From an uncultured bacterium (GTDB taxonomy: Bacteria; UBP15; UBA6099): a stretch of 64,000 nt of DNA. Positions 37,657 to 46,442 of the stretch are shown here, in pieces. The number at the start of each line of letters is the position of its first letter. The first letter of the stretch is position 1. Both the position numbers and the translations under genes were made by a program. The notes beneath the pieces were generated by a model. It did not search any database and was not told the DNA's origin. It saw only the letters and a list, made by a program, of their open reading frames with translations. The DNA lies in contig CAYPEK010000006.1 of the NCBI GenBank assembly GCA_964409645.1, forward strand, positions 16,823-80,822, in the 5' to 3' direction.

Positions 37657-38796
37657 ATGACATCTCGCGAACGCGTGAAAGCCGCGGCGAAGCGCAAGCC
37701 GGTGGATAAGATTCCGCTGATGCTCTGGCTCGAACCGCACACGACGTTGAAGCTTGCCACGGGGCCGATGCCGCCGCGCAATCCGCTGTACAGAGGCGTT
37801 TTCGACGGACTGCGCCTGCTGAGCGACAACCTGCCCTCGAAGGAACTCCGCAACGGCGCGCCGCTGCTCGCTTACGCGGTGCAGGCGGATTACCAGCGCG
37901 AGCTCGGCGCGGACATCGTCGATTTCCACTTCTGCATCTACCCGCTGATGGTGAAGAACTTTACTCTGAACAGAGACGGCTTTTCGGTGACCGACATTTA
38001 CGGCGTAACGCGCGGCATGGGTGGCATGTACCTCGAATCGACGGGCCACCCGTGCGAAACGAAGGAAGCCCTCGACCAATACGTCTTCCCCGACCTGTCG
38101 AACCCGCTGCGATACTCGCACATCGCGGCCTACCGCGCGATGCACCCGGATGCGGCGATAGCGGTGATGTGCCCCGGCGTGCAGGACTGGTCGCAGCAGT
38201 GGCACAAAATGGAGAAGCTGTATGGCGGAATGATACTCTACCCCGACACGATCGAGCGGTTCTTCCGCAAAATGGCGGAACACACGCTTCAGATAATCCG
38301 CGGCGTGCTCCGCGCGGGCGCCGACATCGTTCTCATCGGCGACGATTACGGAACACACAACAGCATGTTGATGTCTAAAAAGATGTGGGAACGGTTTACG
38401 TTTCCGTGCCTGAAAATGCAATGCGAAGAGATACACCGGCACGGAGGGATCGCGATGCTGCATTCTTGCGGATTCGTCATGCCGTTACTGGATAAGATAG
38501 TCGAGGCCGGGGTGGACATGCTGCATCCGCTTCAGCAGACGGCGGGCAACGACCTATCGGCGGCGAAGGCCGCATACGGGGACCGGCTGACGTTTGTCAC
38601 CGGCTTGGACGTGATGACGCTTTCGACGGCCGGACCGGAGGAGGTGCGGGAGTCGATACTGGCGGCGGCGCGGGCGGCGGCGCCCGGCGGCGGTTTTGTC
38701 CTTTGCACGACAAATTATCTTCAGGTTGACACACCGCTGGAAAATATAGATGTAATGTTCAATACTATTAAAGATATACAGAACGGGAGGTTTTGA
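37657..38796 (+). CDS. Uroporphyrinogen decarboxylase (URO-D) family protein, MtaA/CmuA-like
   Basis: The URO-D TIM-barrel region is GADIVLIGDDYGTHNSMLMSKKMWERF ... MLHSCG. GGAGGTGA lies upstream of the start. Confidence 0.8.
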   Translation: MTSRERVKAAAKRKPVDKIPLMLWLEPHTTLKLATGPMPPRNPLYRGVFDGLRLLSDNLPSKELRNGAPLLAYAVQADYQRELGADIVDFHFCIYPLMVKNFTLNRDGFSVTDIYGVTRGMGGMYLESTGHPCETKEALDQYVFPDLSNPLRYSHIAAYRAMHPDAAIAVMCPGVQDWSQQWHKMEKLYGGMILYPDTIERFFRKMAEHTLQIIRGVLRAGADIVLIGDDYGTHNSMLMSKKMWERFTFPCLKMQCEEIHRHGGIAMLHSCGFVMPLLDKIVEAGVDMLHPLQQTAGNDLSAAKAAYGDRLTFVTGLDVMTLSTAGPEEVRESILAAARAAAPGGGFVLCTTNYLQVDTPLENIDVMFNTIKDIQNGRF

Positions 38797-38804
38797 GAAA
38801 CGCC

Positions 38805-39941
38805 ATGCCATGCAAAAGCATACTCACAAAAGTAATGATCTTCGCATTTCTGGCAATGTTCGTCGCGGCAGCGCCCGGATGTGCCAAGGAAACCACGGAA
38901 AAAAACAAGAGTAAGACCAAGACAACGGCTAAAAAGTCGGAGCCTAAAAAGGCAACGAGCCAGACCACGGAAGCCGAAGGCGCGTTCATCTACGGCAAGC
39001 AAGCGCCTGACATCAACGTGGTGGACGCCGGCGGCAAACCGATTTCTCTCGACGACTACAAGAATAAAACGGTCGTCCTCGTGTTCTGGGCCGCCGAGTG
39101 CGACGTCTGCAAAAAGCAGATTAAGGATCTCGAAGTCGGCATCTCGAAAAAGAAGAACGACGTAGCGATACTTGCAATAACGCAGAATGTGAATCCTGAT
39201 AAAAACCGGGACGCGGCAGACGAATTGAAAAAGTCCAGCAAGACGGCGGTCGCCTTGTTCGATACAAACAACCAGACGGCAACCGTATATCAAATGTCCG
39301 GAATCCCGTATTTCGTGCTGATCGACAAGAAAGGCCGTCTGTCCGGGTCGGGAGTTTTCTCGGTTACGCAGAAGCTGCAGAGCGACACATTTGTAAACGA
39401 CGTGATCACGATCGACAAAGGCGGAAAAATCAATCAGTGCGAGTTCGCCGAGCTCGCAACGCCCGAAAAATACGCGAAAATGATCGGCAAAGAGCCGCCG
39501 AATTTCAAGCTGACGGACCTCAACGGAAACGAGGAGTCGCCCCTGTTTTATAAAGGATTCACAAACCTGCTGCTGGTGTTCTGGTCGCCATCTTGCCCGC
39601 ACTGCCGGCGCGAGCTGCCGAGGCTCGAAAATTTATACAACAAAAAAGGCAAAGACCTTAACCTGAAAATAGTAAGCGTGGTGGGTGTGCCGGACAAGAA
39701 GGACAAAACATTCGACGAAATAGTGGCCACCGCGCGGCTGATCGCCCTGCAGGATAAGATCAGTTTCCCGGTGGTTCTGGACACCGGGATGAAACAGCGA
39801 GTCGCATACAATGTCGAGGGTGTTCCCTCCCTGTTTCTGGTGGACATGAACGGAAAAATTCGCAACGCGTGGAGCGGCGAATCACCCAACGTTGGAATGA
39901 ACATAGAGTGTGCGATCGAAGAAGCCGGCAAAGGCAGGTGA
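38805..39941 (+). CDS. Lipoprotein with two tandem thioredoxin-fold (TlpA/ResA-like) domains
   Basis: The lipobox is AAAPGC, preceded by GGGAGG about 14 nt upstream. Domain 1 carries WAAECDVCKK (CxxC) and domain 2 carries WSPSCPHCRREL (CPHC). Each domain has the TlpA-like LVFW / ...PxxFLID pattern. Confidence 0.8.
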   Translation: MPCKSILTKVMIFAFLAMFVAAAPGCAKETTEKNKSKTKTTAKKSEPKKATSQTTEAEGAFIYGKQAPDINVVDAGGKPISLDDYKNKTVVLVFWAAECDVCKKQIKDLEVGISKKKNDVAILAITQNVNPDKNRDAADELKKSSKTAVALFDTNNQTATVYQMSGIPYFVLIDKKGRLSGSGVFSVTQKLQSDTFVNDVITIDKGGKINQCEFAELATPEKYAKMIGKEPPNFKLTDLNGNEESPLFYKGFTNLLLVFWSPSCPHCRRELPRLENLYNKKGKDLNLKIVSVVGVPDKKDKTFDEIVATARLIALQDKISFPVVLDTGMKQRVAYNVEGVPSLFLVDMNGKIRNAWSGESPNVGMNIECAIEEAGKGR

Positions 39942-39942
39942 C

Positions 39943-42639
39943 ATGCCGGTGAGCGCGGAGAAAAAAAGCGGCAGCGGCGAAAATACCGCTCGCGCGGCGG
40001 AGCCCAACCGGAACCTGTGGTTCTGGACAGCGGGCGTTTTTCTCGCATCGGCCGCTTTCTATATCAAATCCGTTGCGCCTGATTTTCTCTTCGACGACAA
40101 CCCTGAATTCATAGCTACATCGCGGTATCTCGGCATCGCTCACCCTCCGGGATATCCGCTTATTTCGCTTATCGGCAAGCTGTTCTCTTACACCGCCCCG
40201 GGAACCGCGGGCATGCCGGTTAACCTGCTCTCCGCTTTCGCCGGCGCGGTTGCGGTCACTCTCGGATTCCTCCTCATATACAGAGCGACCCGCTGGATCG
40301 CCCCGTCGCTGATCGGCGCGGGAATGATTCTCACATCGAGGCTGTTCTGGGAACAGGCCGGTCAGGTGGATGTTTACGCCGTCAACGGCATGTTTTTGTT
40401 CGCAACCCTTCACTTGATCTGGAGCCTTGACCGATCGCGCCGGGACGCAGCGCGAATCATCGCGCTCTCGGCGATTTTCATTCTCGCCCTCTTCAACCAC
40501 TACACGATGGTGCTCGTTTTCCCTGCTTACGCCGTGTATATCTTCTGGCTTTACAGAAGAAGTTTCGACCGGCTGTTGAAGATAATTCCGACGGTTATAC
40601 TCGCGGCGGCGGTCGCGTTTTCGGTTCTTATGTATCTGCCGCTGCGTTCAGCGTCCGGCCCGGTGATGAACTGGGACGAGCAGACGAAAGTAAGCGATTT
40701 TTTTAAGCACGTGAAGGGAGTTGACCTGCGGACGGCTACGCCGCGCGTGCCTCTTGCGGTCAAGTGGCGGTTCGTCGAGGACTATGCGGTGCGCGCGTGG
40801 CAGGACAGATCGCCCGCGCTGCTCGTGTTGCTTCCTCTCGGTTTCTGGAGCCTGTTTAAAAAAAAGTCGGCGTTCGGCCGGCGGCGCGGCGCAATCGTCG
40901 CCGCATCGTGGTTCCTGCTATTCGCGGGCTATGTGCTGTTGCCTAACTATCTCTATGGGCCGCGCGCTTCGTACGTCGTGAAATCATTCCACAGCACATC
41001 GCTCATGATGCTCGGATTCATAATGGGGTTCGGCGCATTCGAAGCGTTGTCGCTCGTGAAGCGGGCAAAGCTCCCGTGGGGCGCTCTGGCCGCGGTCGCG
41101 GCGGTGCTGATCGGCCACTCGGCCCTTGCCGGCCGCTCGACGGCGGACCACGCAAACGACCTGATGGCGACTCGGTACGGCCGCAACATGCTGCTGTCCG
41201 CTTCAAGGGACGCGATTGTTTTCTCAACACTCGAGACGGAAACGTTTCCCATGATGAACCTTCGCGCCACACATTACCTTCGGCGCGACATCACGCTGCA
41301 CGGCAGACACGGAGACCCGCTGATCGCCGCCCTCGCCATGGGCCGCAAGGAACAATCCTACCTGCGAATAAACGAAGTGGCCGATATTCAGAAATATGCG
41401 CTTATCAGCACTATATATCAACGCCCGATATTCTTCACAAAGCGTCTGGATATTCAGGACCGCCCCGACCTTGCTGTCGTAACGAACGGACTTCTCTACC
41501 AGCTCGCGTTCGGCGGCAAACCTCTCTACTGGCCGGACCCGTGGCTGCGAATCGACCAGACAGGCATCGACTACAAATATAAGGGATATGACACAATCCA
41601 GAGGAATGTCATCAGCCGTTACCTCGTCATGCATGGAGAGCATTACCTCGAAATCGGACAGTGGGATGACGCTATAAACCTGTTCGACCGCGCGGCGGAA
41701 TTTAACCCCGGCTCACGGTTCCTGCGGGCAAACCTTGGAGCAATTTTTCTGCGGATTAACGACTTTAAGCGCGCGCGCAAGGAATACGAAGAAGGACTCG
41801 CCGCGGACCCGGAAAATGTCGAGACGAGCATAGACACGGTCGCGATGTACAGCAACCTGTCGTTTATATACGGCACGTTCGGCGAGAAGGACAAGGCGCG
41901 CGAAGCGATGGAAACCGCGGTGCGCCTCGACCCGGAAAACGGATTGCTTCGTGTCAACTTAGGTAAAACGTATTGGCATCTCGAGCGGTGGGTGGACGCG
42001 ATCCGTCAGCTCGAAGCCGCGAAGAAATACGGCATTACGGATAACGCCGCAGTCTATAATATTCTCGGAATCTGCTACGAAAAGATAGGCAAATACAAGA
42101 AGGCGGAGGAGAACTACGAGCTCGCGATCACTACAAACCCCGCGCTCGTGGATGTGTACAGAGACTACGGCGTCTTCTGCGCCTACATCAAAAATGATCC
42201 GAAAAAAGCAATCGAGTTGCTGAACATTTATCTCGAACTCGCACCCGGTGTTCAGGACGAGCCCGACATCAGGGTGAACCTCGGTTTTCTGAACAAAAGT
42301 GTGGGCAACTATCAAGCGTCGGCGGCGGCATTCAGGTCCGCCTTGCTTCTCGGCGCGGACACCACGCTGAGAAAAACGGCGATCATCTACACCGCGCTCG
42401 CGGACTCACTCGACAAGATCGACCTTCCCGCCGATGCAAAAGAAGCCTACGAGAAAGGCCTAGTCGGCACGGAAGACTATCCCAAGATTCTCGTCGAATA
42501 CGCGGACTTCCTCGACAGGCGCAAAATGAACACCGCCTACGCGCTGAAACTGCTCGACCGCTACATGACAATTTCTCCCAACCCGGAGGATAGAATCCGG
42601 GTCGATCTCCTTAGAGCAAAGTTGAAAGCCAGAAAATAG
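39943..42639 (+). CDS. DUF2723-type polytopic membrane protein (GT-C-like) fused to C-terminal TPR repeats
   Basis: The N-terminal third carries hydrophobic segments predicted as TM helices and the motifs FLFDDNPEFI and HPPGYPL typical of DUF2723. The C-terminal 350 aa are TPR repeats. The gene stops at TAG. Confidence 0.75.
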   Translation: MPVSAEKKSGSGENTARAAEPNRNLWFWTAGVFLASAAFYIKSVAPDFLFDDNPEFIATSRYLGIAHPPGYPLISLIGKLFSYTAPGTAGMPVNLLSAFAGAVAVTLGFLLIYRATRWIAPSLIGAGMILTSRLFWEQAGQVDVYAVNGMFLFATLHLIWSLDRSRRDAARIIALSAIFILALFNHYTMVLVFPAYAVYIFWLYRRSFDRLLKIIPTVILAAAVAFSVLMYLPLRSASGPVMNWDEQTKVSDFFKHVKGVDLRTATPRVPLAVKWRFVEDYAVRAWQDRSPALLVLLPLGFWSLFKKKSAFGRRRGAIVAASWFLLFAGYVLLPNYLYGPRASYVVKSFHSTSLMMLGFIMGFGAFEALSLVKRAKLPWGALAAVAAVLIGHSALAGRSTADHANDLMATRYGRNMLLSASRDAIVFSTLETETFPMMNLRATHYLRRDITLHGRHGDPLIAALAMGRKEQSYLRINEVADIQKYALISTIYQRPIFFTKRLDIQDRPDLAVVTNGLLYQLAFGGKPLYWPDPWLRIDQTGIDYKYKGYDTIQRNVISRYLVMHGEHYLEIGQWDDAINLFDRAAEFNPGSRFLRANLGAIFLRINDFKRARKEYEEGLAADPENVETSIDTVAMYSNLSFIYGTFGEKDKAREAMETAVRLDPENGLLRVNLGKTYWHLERWVDAIRQLEAAKKYGITDNAAVYNILGICYEKIGKYKKAEENYELAITTNPALVDVYRDYGVFCAYIKNDPKKAIELLNIYLELAPGVQDEPDIRVNLGFLNKSVGNYQASAAAFRSALLLGADTTLRKTAIIYTALADSLDKIDLPADAKEAYEKGLVGTEDYPKILVEYADFLDRRKMNTAYALKLLDRYMTISPNPEDRIRVDLLRAKLKARK

Positions 42640-42669
42640 GAAGCGCTCCCGCGCGCAGGCGGCCGCAAA

Positions 42670-43602
42670 ATGCTGCTCTCGATCTCGATAGTCAACCATA
42701 ACAACCGCGAAATGCTGGGCGGCTGCCTCGCGAGTCTGCGGGAAAGCATTCGCGGCATGGACTGCGAGGTCATCGTCATCGACAACGCTTCCGCCGACGG
42801 CAGTGCGGACATGGTACGTGCGAAATATCCCGAGATGCTGCTTTCCGTCAACGACAAGCGGCTCGGATTCGCAGCGAACCAGAATCAGGGGCTACGGCTC
42901 GCAAAAGGCGAGTTCATAGCGCTGCTCAATAACGATACAATCGTCAAGCCGGGCGCGTTTCAGAACCTCGTGACGTTCATGCGCGACAATTCACACGCCG
43001 GACTCGTCGGCCCGAAGCTGCTCAACCCGGACGGGTCGGTTCAGGAATCCTGCTTCCGCACCCCCACACTCGGCGTCCTCTTTAACGACGCCTTTTTCAT
43101 CAGTTCGATCCTTCCAAGCAATACAACGGTGGGTGGATTCAAAAAATGGAAGCACGACGAGACACGCGAAGTACCATCGCTGAGCGGCGCATGTCTTTTC
43201 GCCCGCGCGGCGGCGATTTCGGAGGTCGGGCTTTTAGACGAGCGGTTCTTTATGTACTTTGAGGATCACGACTGGTGCCTGCGGTTCCGCCGCGCGGGAT
43301 GGAAGGTGTGCTTCACGCCGGGCGCGGAGATAATCCACTTCGGCGGCGGCAGCGCCGGACTTCTGGGACACGATCGCTTCAACGAATTCTACAGAGGAAT
43401 GAATACGTTTTACGAGAAGCATTACGGGCGCGGATCGTTGCCGGCGGTTGCGCTGCTCAACGTAACCGGCGCTGCGCTGCGTATAGCCGCGTGGGGTGCA
43501 TTATCGCCATTCAGTCCTCGCTTCAGAGAGAATTCTCACACGCGCTCGCCATATTTCAAACGCCGCATCAGTTGGTATTTGTCATCAAAAAACAAAAGCT
43601 GA
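42670..43602 (+). CDS. Family 2 glycosyltransferase (GT-A fold)
   Basis: LSISIVNHNNREML, a DNASxDGS motif (DxD region) and FMYFEDHDWCLR are present. Confidence 0.85.
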   Translation: MLLSISIVNHNNREMLGGCLASLRESIRGMDCEVIVIDNASADGSADMVRAKYPEMLLSVNDKRLGFAANQNQGLRLAKGEFIALLNNDTIVKPGAFQNLVTFMRDNSHAGLVGPKLLNPDGSVQESCFRTPTLGVLFNDAFFISSILPSNTTVGGFKKWKHDETREVPSLSGACLFARAAAISEVGLLDERFFMYFEDHDWCLRFRRAGWKVCFTPGAEIIHFGGGSAGLLGHDRFNEFYRGMNTFYEKHYGRGSLPAVALLNVTGAALRIAAWGALSPFSPRFRENSHTRSPYFKRRISWYLSSKNKS

Positions 43603-43627
43603 AAAAGCCGATATGCAGAGGGTCGAT

Positions 43628-43831
43628 TCAGCGTTCGATTCCGTGATAGCAATAATAGCAGAGAACTTTCAGCACCACCGGCCTGCCCTGCGCATCCTGA
43701 GAGTATGAAATCTTTAGGCAGTCGCGGCAGCAGAATGCGCCGCACGCTTCGCACCGGCTATGCAGTCCGATCTCGAAATCCGCCCCGCACACCGAACACG
43801 TCCCCGGCGCAATGCCTTCGGAATAACTCAT
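43628..43831 (-). CDS. Small Cys-rich (four CxxC) zinc-ribbon-like protein
   Basis: CSVCG...CEACG...CRDC...CYYC; the 67-aa ORF lies on the same strand immediately downstream of the SxtJ-like gene. Confidence 0.45.
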   Translation of the reverse strand: MSYSEGIAPGTCSVCGADFEIGLHSRCEACGAFCCRDCLKISYSQDAQGRPVVLKVLCYYCYHGIER

Positions 43832-43864
43832 ATTGATATTCCGCGGATAAATATTTTCATGATT

Positions 43865-44293
43865 TTAAAACCGCTGCTCGTATCGCTTTTTGTCGAACGA
43901 GCTCTCGGGGCGCGAGTCCCAGTATGAAGGCGCTTTCGGGTCGCGGCGGCGCTTCATCGGGTCTTTGCCGAACAGCCGCATGAGCAGCCCCATCGGGGTG
44001 AAAACGAGAAAATATACAACCGAAAGAAGGATCGTGGTACTGATGCGATTCAGTACCATCGCTGCCGCGGTCCAGCCTTTGAACACCGGCATTAGCAGCG
44101 GTGTCGCGACGAATCTTATGAGGATGAAAAACGCAGAGAGTCCGCCGAAAATGTACGCCCCCGTGTGGCGACCCCGGAGATAAAGCAAAGCCGCGAGAAT
44201 GCCGAAGAAAAACACGCCGACAACGCCGAACTGGCGCGCGACTTTTGTCCCGCTGGGGGGCGATTCCTTTTTTATTTCACCTTCGGTCAACAT
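43865..44293 (-). CDS. SxtJ-like small membrane protein
   Basis: The 142-aa protein has three hydrophobic helices and a basic C-terminus. It lies 17 bp downstream of the carbamoyltransferase, the usual partner of SxtJ-family proteins (recollection, not searched). Confidence 0.65.
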   Translation of the reverse strand: MLTEGEIKKESPPSGTKVARQFGVVGVFFFGILAALLYLRGRHTGAYIFGGLSAFFILIRFVATPLLMPVFKGWTAAAMVLNRISTTILLSVVYFLVFTPMGLLMRLFGKDPMKRRRDPKAPSYWDSRPESSFDKKRYEQRF

Positions 44294-44309
44294 AACGCCG
44301 CGCCGGCCG

Positions 44310-46127
44310 TCAGTCCGGCGCGAACTCCTTCAGCCAGTCCTCCGGAATCTGCACCGGCGGCTGTTGCTTTTTGTCGATCAAGAACCGGCCCATTATAAGG
44401 TAGTCCATGTTGGTGCGCATGAAGCAGCGGTAAGCATCTTCCGGCGAGCAGACGATCGGTTCTCCACGCACGTTGTACGACGTATTTATTATCAGCCCGC
44501 ATCCGGTCAGCTTGCGGAACTCTTCGATTGTATCATGGTAGAGTGGATTGTCGTCCCGGGAAACAGTCTGCACGCGCGCGGAGAAATCGACATGCGTGAT
44601 CGCGGGAACGGACGAGCGGATGTTGTACAGTTTATCCAGTCCCTTCCGGCCGAGTTCCTCCTGCGTGAGATCGCGCCGGATTTCGTTTTTCACGGGCGCG
44701 ACGAGGAGCATGTACGGGCTTTCGCGGTCGAGGTCGAAGTATTCCGACACGCATTCGGCGAGCACGGTCGGCGCAAACGGCCGGAACGACTCGCGGAACT
44801 TTGTCTTGAGATTCATCACGCTCTGCATTTCGCGCGAACGGGCGTCGCCGATAATGCTGCGCGAGCCGAGCGCGCGCGGGCCGAACTCCATCCGCCCCTG
44901 AAACCAGCCGATCACATTCTGCCCATCTATGAGCCGCGCGACCCGCGACGGTATTTCCGCCTGTTCGAGCTTTTCGTGCGCGATGTCTTTTTCTTTCAGG
45001 AATTTTCCGATCTCGTCGTCCGAAAACGCCGGGCCGAGATATGAGGCGTGTTGCCTGTCACGTCCCGATGCCGGGTCGCGTGGTTTGTCGAGATAGTGAT
45101 GCCACGCGGTCATTGCCGCGCCGAGCGCGCCGCCCGCGTCGCCCGCCGCCGGCTGTATCCATATATCGTCGTAAATTCCCTCCCGCAGCAGCAGCCCGTT
45201 CGCGACGCAGTTCAACGCAACGCCACCCGCGAGACAGAGATTTCTCATGCCGGTTTCTTTTCTGATGTGGCGCGCCATTTTGACGATGATCTCTTCGGTG
45301 ACAACCTGCACCGAGCGCGCGAGGTCCATGTAGATATCGGATATCGGCGTCTCCGGCTTGCGCGGCGACACGCCGAACAGCCTGTCGAATTTGCCGTTCG
45401 TCATCCTGAGCCCTGCCATGTATCCGAAATACCTGAGGTTCAGGCGGAACGAGCCGTCATCTTTGACGTCGATCAGTTCACGCTTGATTACGTCCACGTA
45501 CTTCGGTTCGCCGTAAGGCGCGAGACCCATAAGTTTGTACTCGCCGGAGTTCACCCTGAATCCGCAGAAATAAGTAAACGCCGAATAGAGAAGTCCGAGC
45601 GAGTGCGGAAATTTGATTTCGGATTTGAGACTGACGCGGTTTTCGCGACCGATGCCCCAGCTTGTCGTGGTCCATTCGCCGACGCCGTCCGTCGTCAGAA
45701 TCGCGGCCTCGTCGAACGGCGATGGAAAAAATGCCGCGGCGGCATGTGATTCGTGGTGCTCGGGGAAAATCATCGGGCCGTTGTAGTCGAGCTCCTTCGC
45801 GAGCGTTTCCTTGAGCCACAGCTTGTATTTTAGCCACTGCGGAAGCGCCATCATGAACGACGGAAGCCCGACGGGCGCATAAGAGAGATATGTTAGAAGC
45901 AGTCTCTCGAATTTTATAAACGGTTTTTCGTAGAAGGCGACGTAGTCGAGCCCGTCCGGACCGATGCCGGCCTCGCGAAGACAATAGGCAACCGCGCTCG
46001 CCGGGTAAGAAGCGTCGTGCTTCTTTCTGGTGAAGCGTTCTTCCTGTGCGGCGGCAAGGATGTCGCCATCGCGCACGAGACACGCGGCGCTGTCGTGGTA
46101 ATATGCTGAAATTCCGAGGATGTTCAT
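44310..46127 (-). CDS. Carbamoyltransferase, NodU/CmcH family
   Basis: The N-terminal Kae1/YgjD-like domain starts MNILGISAYYHDSAACLVRDGDILAAAQEERFTRKKHD. The C-terminal carbamoyltransferase domain has FGPRALGSRSI and INTSYNVRGEPIV. Confidence 0.9.
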   Translation of the reverse strand: MNILGISAYYHDSAACLVRDGDILAAAQEERFTRKKHDASYPASAVAYCLREAGIGPDGLDYVAFYEKPFIKFERLLLTYLSYAPVGLPSFMMALPQWLKYKLWLKETLAKELDYNGPMIFPEHHESHAAAAFFPSPFDEAAILTTDGVGEWTTTSWGIGRENRVSLKSEIKFPHSLGLLYSAFTYFCGFRVNSGEYKLMGLAPYGEPKYVDVIKRELIDVKDDGSFRLNLRYFGYMAGLRMTNGKFDRLFGVSPRKPETPISDIYMDLARSVQVVTEEIIVKMARHIRKETGMRNLCLAGGVALNCVANGLLLREGIYDDIWIQPAAGDAGGALGAAMTAWHHYLDKPRDPASGRDRQHASYLGPAFSDDEIGKFLKEKDIAHEKLEQAEIPSRVARLIDGQNVIGWFQGRMEFGPRALGSRSIIGDARSREMQSVMNLKTKFRESFRPFAPTVLAECVSEYFDLDRESPYMLLVAPVKNEIRRDLTQEELGRKGLDKLYNIRSSVPAITHVDFSARVQTVSRDDNPLYHDTIEEFRKLTGCGLIINTSYNVRGEPIVCSPEDAYRCFMRTNMDYLIMGRFLIDKKQQPPVQIPEDWLKEFAPD

Positions 46128-46152
46128 TCCGGAAGCGCGCCCTGCGCCCTGC

Positions 46153-46305
46153 TCAGAATATCGTATAAATGAACGGGGCGACCGACGGCGCCAAGGCCGA
46201 CACGACGATCACCGCGCCGAGAAAAACAAGTACTACGATGATCGGTATCAGCCACCAGAGTTTCCGTTCCTTTAGAAAGAGAAAGAATTCCTTAAAAAAA
46301 CTCAT
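46153..46305 (-). CDS. 50-aa DUF5989-like single-TM protein, absent from the ORF track because it is under 60 aa
   Basis: Manual translation of the minus strand gives MSFFKEFFLFLKERKLWWLIPIIVVLVFLGAVIVVSALAPSVAPFIYTIF. It starts at ATG 46303-46305, stops at TGA, and ends 26 bp upstream of the carbamoyltransferase start. Confidence 0.6.
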   Translation of the reverse strand: MSFFKEFFLFLKERKLWWLIPIIVVLVFLGAVIVVSALAPSVAPFIYTIF

Positions 46306-46442
46306 CGCTGTTTTCCGCGGCCCGGGAGGCCGGCGCCATCTCCTTATATTCCGCGCGGCACTCCACCCTGCCCGGCCGCCGGATCCTTTTGATTATTTTA
46401 GGATATAGGTGTTCGCGTGACAACAATACTCCCGGACAGCCG

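Noticed and set aside
35115-37853. 383-aa and 390-aa minus-strand ORFs opposite the 842-aa gene
   Set aside because: They are Arg-rich antisense frames without RBS. The plus-strand frame has a strong GGAGGA RBS and uniform codon usage.
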